Source: Candidatus Woesebacteria bacterium (GTDB lineage Bacteria; Patescibacteriota; Microgenomatia; UBA8517). Taken from it: DNA of 64,000 nucleotides. The notes under the pieces are model-generated. The model had not been told where the DNA came from. It ran no database searches and saw only the letters and a program-made list of their open reading frames with translations. The stretch spans positions 271,123 to 335,122 of the forward strand of contig CP058602.1 in the NCBI GenBank assembly GCA_013426185.1, written 5' to 3'. The position numbers and the translations under genes are program-made. Below are positions 56,884 to 64,000 of the stretch, piece after piece (position 1 is the stretch's first letter; every line of letters starts with the position of its first letter).

Positions 56884-59362
56884 ATTTTCCTTTGACTAAC
56901 AAGAATATTATTGCACAAAAAGAAACCAAAGAGATAATATTTGCAATTTTTCTAACTGGCGTGTCTTTCAATCTAATTTCAACATTATATCTACCATAAT
57001 CAAGGTCAAAAGTTACAAGGCCAAGACAATATTTCTGCGAAGAGCAGTCGTTATTAAAATGAGGAATTGTCTTTCCGTTTGCCAAAACCACCATTCCAGG
57101 AAAATCAAAAATAGGAGCGCGAATGCGAGCCTTATCACTTAAAACTATAACTTCCCCAATTTGATAATCACTTCCTTTGTTGTATGACAAAATTTTAGCA
57201 TCACCAAAAATAATTTCGGGAGATTCAGGCGCCTTTGACCACGGAGGTAAAGTAGCATAAATTGGCAGATAATCAAAGATACTAATAGTTAATTGCCTTT
57301 CCCAAAGCTCGCCCGAAAACTTCTTTGAATCATCAATATCAAAATACCAATCACGAGGTTTAAAATAATTTATATTCAAAAAAATTGCCAGAACAGAAAT
57401 CAAAATACCTAAAAATAATCTACTTTTCCTCCTAAAAAGTGTTAGGCCGATACCTGTAACAAAAGCAGAAAGGAAAAGAGCTACTGTCATAAAGCGCCAA
57501 GGAAACTGAAACAAGGCTAAAAATGGCAAATTCTCCCAGATAAAAATTGATCTTGGGTGGATAATAAACAAAGAAAAAAGAATTAACAAAAAGCCTATAA
57601 AAATCATCAAATCATAATTAGATTGTTTTTTGGTCTTCAAAATAAATTTACGAAAAGAAAATATCAAAAAGAAAATAAGAGGGAAAAACCACTGCACAAA
57701 ACCTAAAGATAAATTAAGTTTCTCGTCCTTGAAGCCTGAGGAACCATAACCCCACTCCCTATCAAAAAGCAACTTATAAATACCCAAAAAATGCTTCCTG
57801 TAATCAAAATAACCCATTGTCATTGTTTCAATATGAGCATATTGCCTTTCAAAAGCGACAGGTAAAACAAAGAAAGCAGAAAGAGCAAATGCAAAAATTC
57901 CTGAAAGTAAAACTCGAAAAAGGCTCGAAACCTTTTTTTCGTGAAGAGCCCAAAACAAAACCCAAACCAAGAAAGGAACAAAAAAGGATATTGTCATTAA
58001 GATGTGAGTAGTAAAAAGCGAGGCCAAAAATAAAGACAACAGAACAAAATAAATACTCTTGCCTTTCTTAATCAAAAGATAAGAAGACCAAAAAATAAGA
58101 GGAAAAAAGACAAAAGCCCAAAACTCGCTCAAGGCTCCCCTTACATAGACCTCAACTGCTTTATAAGGAGCGTAAGTATAAACAAGACTAGCCACCAAAG
58201 CAGGTAAATTACCCGTAAACAACCTTAACAAAATAAACATTGATAAAGCAGATAGAAGATAACCCAAGACAAAAAGTATCTTAACAGTGTCAACAAATTC
58301 AAAACCTAAAAGATGAATTAATTCGCCCAAATAATAGACAAAAGGAGGGTAATAATTAAATTGAGGATAGCCATATCCGTAACCAGCATCAGGAACCCAA
58401 CGACAAGGAATCTGTAAGTCCTTAAAGCATTTATCCATTTGCTGGACCCGGAAAGCTTGAAGATCATCCTGCATATAAAAAAACCCTCTTCTTAACAAAG
58501 GAGAAATCGTAGGCAAAACAAGTAGTAATAAAAGAATAACACTTAAAATAGTGCCCCTTTTATTTCTAAAAAGATTGGAAAATCTGATTATAGAATTAAT
58601 AAGGTAATGATTAACTGTGCCATAATAGATCTTGCTTGAAGGAATTAATCTCTTCCACTGATCTTTATCGGAAGCTAAATTCTTTCCGCTTTGCCCATGA
58701 AGATGAATTATTTCAGAATCTGGAAGATAGTAGACTTTCAAACCTTTTTTGTTAACTCGCCTGCAATAATCAAGGTCCTCAAAATACATAAAATAACGCT
58801 CATCAAACAGGCCGACCTTTTTAAGAGCAATAGGGGTAATCAGAAAAGCAGCACCTACTGCTGATTCTACAACTGTTGGTTTTTTGCCCGTAGGATAAAA
58901 TTTATCAAGTAATCCCTTTTGACCTAAGAAATATTGCTTGAACGCTCTTGAGACAGAAGGCAGATTAAAACAGGATGGTTGTATTGAATTATCCGCATTA
59001 AGAAGACGAGGGGCAATAACACCAGCGTCTTTTGTCCTTCTAGCAAAGTCGATAAGTTTTTTTATCGCGCCTTTTTTAACTGTTGTATCTGAATTTAAAA
59101 GTAAAATATATTCACCCCTTGAAAGCTTTATTCCCTGATTTACTGCTTTTGCAAAACCAAGATTTTCTTTATTTCTTACCAAGACCAAATTTTTCCACTT
59201 TAATTCATTAAACTTATCAAACGATCCATCTGTTGAAGCGTTATCAATCAGAATTATTTCATAAGGAGGAATACTTTTGTCTTTGGCAATAGAAGACAGG
59301 CAGTCAATTGTCAAATCAGAAGTATTGTAATTTACAATAATTATTGAAATTGCCTTTTTCAC
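56864..59362 (-). CDS. Fusion of an N-terminal GT2 domain and a C-terminal YfhO/PTPS-related GT-C domain
   Basis: About aa 1-265: IIVNYNT, NLGFAKAVN, LLNSDT, FDERYFMYFEDLD; then MQDD, CRWVPDAGYGYGYP, QFPWRF. Confidence 0.85.
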   Translation of the reverse strand: MKKAISIIIVNYNTSDLTIDCLSSIAKDKSIPPYEIILIDNASTDGSFDKFNELKWKNLVLVRNKENLGFAKAVNQGIKLSRGEYILLLNSDTTVKKGAIKKLIDFARRTKDAGVIAPRLLNADNSIQPSCFNLPSVSRAFKQYFLGQKGLLDKFYPTGKKPTVVESAVGAAFLITPIALKKVGLFDERYFMYFEDLDYCRRVNKKGLKVYYLPDSEIIHLHGQSGKNLASDKDQWKRLIPSSKIYYGTVNHYLINSIIRFSNLFRNKRGTILSVILLLLLVLPTISPLLRRGFFYMQDDLQAFRVQQMDKCFKDLQIPCRWVPDAGYGYGYPQFNYYPPFVYYLGELIHLLGFEFVDTVKILFVLGYLLSALSMFILLRLFTGNLPALVASLVYTYAPYKAVEVYVRGALSEFWAFVFFPLIFWSSYLLIKKGKSIYFVLLSLFLASLFTTHILMTISFFVPFLVWVLFWALHEKKVSSLFRVLLSGIFAFALSAFFVLPVAFERQYAHIETMTMGYFDYRKHFLGIYKLLFDREWGYGSSGFKDEKLNLSLGFVQWFFPLIFFLIFSFRKFILKTKKQSNYDLMIFIGFLLILFSLFIIHPRSIFIWENLPFLALFQFPWRFMTVALFLSAFVTGIGLTLFRRKSRLFLGILISVLAIFLNINYFKPRDWYFDIDDSKKFSGELWERQLTISIFDYLPIYATLPPWSKAPESPEIIFGDAKILSYNKGSDYQIGEVIVLSDKARIRAPIFDFPGMVVLANGKTIPHFNNDCSSQKYCLGLVTFDLDYGRYNVEIRLKDTPVRKIANIISLVSFCAIIFLLVKGKYEQKTS

Positions 59363-60261
59363 TTTTTAAAGCTATCAAGTATAAATTCATCAGCCACGAG
59401 ACTTTCCTTGCTTTCCTTCTTACGCATTTTTATTACATCCCTAACTTTCAGAAGAGCCATAAAAACAATTAGCAAATAACCTGGATGCCTAAACAAACGC
59501 TGAAAAAGGCCAGCTATGTGCTTGGTCATAAGTCTTCTGCTCGTTAAATTCTTCCAAATAAAAAGAAGCTGATTCCTTTCCTGAATACGCGCCTTTTTCT
59601 TCTGATTGAATTTCCCTATCGTCGCTTCATGCTGATGAATTACTTTAGCTTGTGGATCCCAATAAAGTTCATAGCCACGCTTCAAGGCACGGTAAGATAA
59701 ATCAACATCTTCCCAATAAAACGGTATAAACAATTTCTCATCCATCCAACCCAATTCTATCCATATATCTCTTCTGAATACTCCGCTGCCGCCACTTACC
59801 CAGAAAGTCTTTCGCGGCCTCTTAGACAAAGGAAGCGGCTTGTGGACTATAAAACCATCCTCAAAATAACCACAAGCAGGACCATATAAACCCTCATTTA
59901 AAGAAACAGCAAACACCTTGTCATTTTTATCAAAAATATCAAAAACAGATTCTAGAAAATCTTCTGTACAAGATACATCGTTATTCAAAAGACATACCAA
60001 GTTTCCTTTAGCTAGTCTTACTCCCGTATTTGTGGCAACAGCAAATCCTCTATTTTTTTTATGAGAAATAACACGTACTCCTGGAAAATTTCTCTTTAAA
60101 AAATTAACGCTACCATCAGATGAGGCATCGTCAACCATTATTATCTCAATTATCCTATTTTTGGGGTTTTCTTTGGCCTTAATTAAAGAAGGTAAATTTT
60201 TGGAAAGAAGATCTTTGCCATTATAATTTGTAACAATAACAGAAACTTTAAATTTATCCAT
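59359..60261 (-). CDS. GT2 glycosyltransferase (rhamnosyltransferase-like)
   Basis: VTNYNG, NRGFA..N, LLNND, YWEDVDLSYR. Confidence 0.88.
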   Translation of the reverse strand: MDKFKVSVIVTNYNGKDLLSKNLPSLIKAKENPKNRIIEIIMVDDASSDGSVNFLKRNFPGVRVISHKKNRGFAVATNTGVRLAKGNLVCLLNNDVSCTEDFLESVFDIFDKNDKVFAVSLNEGLYGPACGYFEDGFIVHKPLPLSKRPRKTFWVSGGSGVFRRDIWIELGWMDEKLFIPFYWEDVDLSYRALKRGYELYWDPQAKVIHQHEATIGKFNQKKKARIQERNQLLFIWKNLTSRRLMTKHIAGLFQRLFRHPGYLLIVFMALLKVRDVIKMRKKESKESLVADEFILDSFKK

Positions 60262-60267
60262 ATTTTT

Positions 60268-61308
60268 TCAAGCACGATTAATCAAGTTTTTTATTCTATC
60301 AGAAAAAGCTTGATAAGAAAAATTGGCACTTTTTTCAATTGAAGCATAACTCAACCTTTGAAAAAGAGAATTATCCGCCGCAATTTTTTGGGTAAGATCA
60401 ATCAATTCATCTTTTTCATTCCACAAAAACCCGTCCCTACCTTGACTAACTATCTCTTTATGACCACCTGCATTAAAGACAATAGGAACAGCGCCTGAAG
60501 CCATAGCTTCAACTACTGTGATACCAAAATGCTCAACTTTCTCCGGATTATATTCCTCACTAACTCCAAAACCACTTGCAGACCAAAAAATGCTAGCCCT
60601 CTCATACAAAGATTTGATTTCCCTAAAATCAGGATTTTCTATGATTTCAACCGGAAGCCTGCGGGAAAGAAGATGTAGTTTTCTAACATAGTCCTTGCCT
60701 CCCACCTCAGAACCACCAGCAAGAATTAATCTCCAATCAGAAAAACCTTGCTTATACATCCTTGAGAAAACTTCAACCAAAATATGTTGATTTTTGGCCT
60801 GTTTTAATTGAGAGAAACGACCAACCGAAAGAATAACTTTTTCTTTATTCTTTAAACTAGGTTTAAATGTTTCTACATCAACAGGAGGATACAAAACCAC
60901 GCTATTAACTTTATATTCTCTATCTACAAACTTCTTGGTAAAAAAAGAGTTTACTACAACTTTATTTACTCTCAAAAACTTAATCCTGTTTATTAAAGAA
61001 CCGCCACCTACACCTTTAAAAGGAACTTGAAAATGAATAAAATTTCGACCCGCAAAAAGAAGAGGCACACTCCCATCAGAAAGCCAAAAACAAAAATCGT
61101 AACCCCGACCTCTTTTAATACTGTCTACAATATTGACACCTGACAAATCAACACCAAATCTAGACTCAAGTTTAGGCAATATGTCTTTGTCTTTCCACTC
61201 AAGATCTACTCTATAACCCAAATCAAGAAGAACTCTTGCTACCCCCATAAGATATCTTTCCCCTCCTCCAAGAGTATCAAGATAAGGGCTGTAAATTGAT
61301 GCGAACAT
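60268..61308 (-). CDS. GT4 glycosyltransferase (ALG11-like)
   Basis: GGGERY, NSFFT, YPPVD, EHFGITVVEAMASG; start probably ATG 61308 rather than 61329. Confidence 0.88.
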   Translation of the reverse strand: MFASIYSPYLDTLGGGERYLMGVARVLLDLGYRVDLEWKDKDILPKLESRFGVDLSGVNIVDSIKRGRGYDFCFWLSDGSVPLLFAGRNFIHFQVPFKGVGGGSLINRIKFLRVNKVVVNSFFTKKFVDREYKVNSVVLYPPVDVETFKPSLKNKEKVILSVGRFSQLKQAKNQHILVEVFSRMYKQGFSDWRLILAGGSEVGGKDYVRKLHLLSRRLPVEIIENPDFREIKSLYERASIFWSASGFGVSEEYNPEKVEHFGITVVEAMASGAVPIVFNAGGHKEIVSQGRDGFLWNEKDELIDLTQKIAADNSLFQRLSYASIEKSANFSYQAFSDRIKNLINRA

Positions 61309-61320
61309 AAAAGATAATTT

Positions 61321-61411
61321 AAAACGCAAAAATTAAAAGTCAAAACTAGAAAAGCTTAAGGTCAAACAAATCGTTATTCATTTTTGACTTTTGAGTTTTA
61401 AGTTTTGAGTT
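61321..61411. repeat. Inverted AAAAGTC/TTTTGAC heptamer arrays with a 36-nt spacer
   Basis: aaaacgc aaaaatt aaaagtc aaaa (61321-61345) vs ttttgac ttttgag ttttaag ttttgag (61382-61411). Confidence 0.8.
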
Positions 61412-62179
61412 ATTTTCTTGCATTTCCCAAAGTTTGGCGTAACTTAAAAATCTGCTCCAAACTTGGTATATGCCGTAAATCACGCCCTCAACACCATCAA
61501 GAAAAGCCAGTTGTTTTATCATTCTTAAATAAAACTCACGAAAAATAGATGAGGCAAAACGCAGAAAATTCATGGGCGGGTGGCAAGCATTAAACATCAA
61601 CTTAGCCTCAATAAGAGACCATTTATTAGTCTTCTCTACTATGTCAAAAAGGTTATCATGTTTTATATGAATAAAATAATTGTTCATATATCCCAACCTA
61701 CCTTTAACAAGAGGTGTCTCATGCAAATCTCCCTGCCAAGTAACAAAATCTTTCTTCTTAAAAAGCCTGACTACATAATCAGGCCAAAGCCCACAGTGCT
61801 TCATCTTTTTGCCAAAAACAAAATTAGAACGAGGAATAGCATAATGAGAAAAGCTACTAGAAGAAATCGCTTCTAAAATTTCCTCCCTTAAACCTTCTGT
61901 TATTCTTTCGTCAGAATCAATATGCAAAACCCACTCTCCTCGTGCCTTTTTGGTGCCAAAATTCCGTCTTTCAGCAAAGCTTTCTTTTATAAACTCAAAT
62001 ATTTTAGCTTTAAATCTCTTAGCTAAACTACAAGTTGCATCCACAGAACCACCATCCACCAAAATTATTTCATCCACCCAACCAAGAGATCTCAAACATT
62101 CATTTATCTTTTTTTCTTCATTTTTAGCCAAAATAACAACGCTTATATTAATTTTATTTTTATTCTCTCTACTTGCCAT
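61346..62179 (-). CDS. GT2 glycosyltransferase (WaaE/KdtX-like)
   Basis: ILAKNEE, VDGGSVD, WVLHIDSDE, WPDY..RLF, LHE, FLDG. Confidence 0.88.
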   Translation of the reverse strand: MASRENKNKINISVVILAKNEEKKINECLRSLGWVDEIILVDGGSVDATCSLAKRFKAKIFEFIKESFAERRNFGTKKARGEWVLHIDSDERITEGLREEILEAISSSSFSHYAIPRSNFVFGKKMKHCGLWPDYVVRLFKKKDFVTWQGDLHETPLVKGRLGYMNNYFIHIKHDNLFDIVEKTNKWSLIEAKLMFNACHPPMNFLRFASSIFREFYLRMIKQLAFLDGVEGVIYGIYQVWSRFLSYAKLWEMQENNSKLKTQKSKMNNDLFDLKLF

Positions 62180-62221
62180 ATTTACAAAATATTTACTACA
62201 GATACATCGATGTATTTATAG

Positions 62222-63139
62222 TTATTTCCAGCTACCTTTTCCGAATTTACCAAGGTAAAAATCCCTCACCCCAATTTTCTGCCACTTTCTACCTCTTAAT
62301 AGGAACCTTAGACTTTCCCTGAACAAAGCGATTTTTGTTCTAGTTGGCGCATACTTGAAACCAAACAAAAGACGATTACGACTGATAAAATAATCATTCA
62401 AATCACTACCAATACCCGAGCTTTGAGCAACTTTGTGCCAAACTATACCCTTTGGCTGAAACATAACTTTATAACCAGCTTTTTTAATCCGCAGGGAAAG
62501 ATCCACATCTTCAAAATACATAAAATAACGCTTGTCATAAAGACCTACATCTTTTAAAACAGAAACAGGAAAAAGACTACAGCAACCAGTTGAGAAATCT
62601 ACTTCCTTAACTTCACCAAATTGTCCTTGATCTACCTCATCAACACCTGAGTTAATACCCATCACATTATCCCAATCTACTTTACCACCAGCATACCAAA
62701 TTACCTTACCTAAATCACGAGCTGAATATCTTTCTTTATGAAACTCAAAACCTTTAGCAAAATAGATTTTGGGCGATACTACACCAACTCCTCTATTGTC
62801 TTCAAAGACAGATAAGAGATGAGAGAAGATTTTCCTATCAACCAGGGTATCATTATTCAAAACCATCACATAATCAAAACCTTTAGAGATTGCGTACCTT
62901 AAACCTACATTATTACCTTCGGCAAATCCCAAATTGGATGCGTTTTTAATCAACTTAAAATCAAATTTTTTCTTAAATTTTTCGAGCTTATGTATAGAAT
63001 CATCACTTGAGGCATTATCAACAACCAAAACTTCAGGATCGAAAGAAAACGCATCAACATGAGACAGACTTTCAAGACAAGAAATAGTATCTTTCCACCT
63101 ATTCCAATTTAAAACAACAGTAGCAACTTTTTTCTTCAT
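62222..63139 (-). CDS. GT2 glycosyltransferase (rhamnosyltransferase-like)
   Basis: VLNWN, NLGFAEGNN, LNNDT, YFMYFEDVD. Confidence 0.9.
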   Translation of the reverse strand: MKKKVATVVLNWNRWKDTISCLESLSHVDAFSFDPEVLVVDNASSDDSIHKLEKFKKKFDFKLIKNASNLGFAEGNNVGLRYAISKGFDYVMVLNNDTLVDRKIFSHLLSVFEDNRGVGVVSPKIYFAKGFEFHKERYSARDLGKVIWYAGGKVDWDNVMGINSGVDEVDQGQFGEVKEVDFSTGCCSLFPVSVLKDVGLYDKRYFMYFEDVDLSLRIKKAGYKVMFQPKGIVWHKVAQSSGIGSDLNDYFISRNRLLFGFKYAPTRTKIALFRESLRFLLRGRKWQKIGVRDFYLGKFGKGSWK

Positions 63140-63145
63140 CCAAGG

Positions 63146-64000
63146 TTAAGAAATCCTTAATTTTCTTTTAAGTCTTAAAAAAAGAGAGTTGATCTTTTTG
63201 TTTTTGTTAATCTTAAGAAGCATATCAGCCTTCCAATAATTTAATTCTCTTTCACTTTTTATCAGTTCTTGATTTAAATCATCAAGATCAAAAACAACTT
63301 CCTTAAACTTATTTGCTTGCCACAACTTAAGATAAAGCACCAATTCCGAAAAAGATTGTAGTAAAGCCAAAGCCAAACCATGAAGGCCATCTTTATAACC
63401 ACTAGCCGAAAAAAAGCGGCTGACAAATTCAGCTGTTGGCCTTCTTATTAAATCTTTCCAATCAAAGACATAACCTTCTTTTATCTTATCTTGAGCTTGT
63501 ATATCGGTATATCTATTCATCCTAAGAATATAAGAAGAAACTGATGAGTAATTTCTGTGAACAATGGCATATTTTTCCTTGGGTAATAAATTTATTCCTT
63601 TACCTTTGGTCTCAGGCTGGCTATGTATTTCATCTTTCCAGATAACCGAACCTTTCCTAAAAAACCTGATGTTATAGTCAGGCCACCACAAAGAATGTCT
63701 TATCCACTTACCAAAGATCAAATTCTTGCGAGGGATATTAACAAAATCATATTGATTTTCTTTGACAATCTTTTTAAGCTTCGCCAAAAGTTGTGGTGTT
63801 GCTCTTTCGTCAGCGTCTAAGATAAAAACCCAGTCACCACTTGCTTTGCTGATAGCAAAATTCCGAGCTGGCTCCACATAACTTTTCCTCTCAAAGGTAA
63901 AAACCCTGGCTCCAAGGCTTTCTGCCACCTCGCAAGTCTTATCTTCAGAATGCATATCAACAACTACCACCTCATCAGCAAACTGACGCACAGACCTGAT
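63146..64000 (-). CDS. GT2 glycosyltransferase (WaaE/KdtX-like), 5' end beyond the window
   Basis: VVDMHSED, ARNFA, FILDADE, WWPDY.IRFF, IHSQP; frame is open to the window edge and lacks the N-terminal strand. Confidence 0.85.
   Translation of the reverse strand: MRSVRQFADEVVVVDMHSEDKTCEVAESLGARVFTFERKSYVEPARNFAISKASGDWVFILDADERATPQLLAKLKKIVKENQYDFVNIPRKNLIFGKWIRHSLWWPDYNIRFFRKGSVIWKDEIHSQPETKGKGINLLPKEKYAIVHRNYSSVSSYILRMNRYTDIQAQDKIKEGYVFDWKDLIRRPTAEFVSRFFSASGYKDGLHGLALALLQSFSELVLYLKLWQANKFKEVVFDLDDLNQELIKSERELNYWKADMLLKINKNKKINSLFLRLKRKLRIS

Noticed and set aside
1067-63820. Numerous 60-136 aa antisense or nested ORFs (e.g. 1067, 3091, 12875, 22106, 31698, 34013, 61580, 61950)
   Set aside because: Shadows of well-supported genes, with no motifs or initiation signals

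Overview
AT-rich bacterial DNA that is almost entirely a cell-surface glycosylation locus, mostly on the minus strand with stop/start overlaps. It holds about 15 soluble GT2/GT4/GT8 glycosyltransferases, about 20 polytopic GT-C-like membrane proteins (ArnT/PMT, YfhO/PTPS-related, PIG-V-like), 3 SAM methyltransferases, a Wzx-type flippase, gmd and an SDR. The gene content suggests a Patescibacteria/CPR (Microgenomates-like) genome, which is inference only. I found no rRNA, tRNA or CRISPR array. Two things stand out that the annotation does not explain. (1) A heptamer-repeat system. Two four-helix-bundle (23S-IVP/Avd-like) genes are each bracketed by inverted arrays of their own 7-mer. Seven intergenic regions are mosaics of the same 7-mer arrays and 30-120 bp modules in shuffled order and orientation. 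These include a perfect 124-bp inverted repeat around a GT-C + gmd pair, a 57-bp inverted repeat around the flippase, all four recombinant flank combinations across one 17-bp core, a 19-bp micro-inversion between inverted 7-mer arms, and 7-mer tracts written in-frame into GT genes. (2) Two otherwise dissimilar small acidic ORFs share one architecture: sigma70 promoter, GTTGGCT, strong SD, M(S)GPGDK-start peptide, AGCCAAC, terminator, then a partner gene (one partner is an HEXXH metallopeptidase). Also present are a frameshifted IS481-like remnant missed by the ORF track and several apparently leaderless promoters. All product calls come from motif recognition by eye, not database searches.
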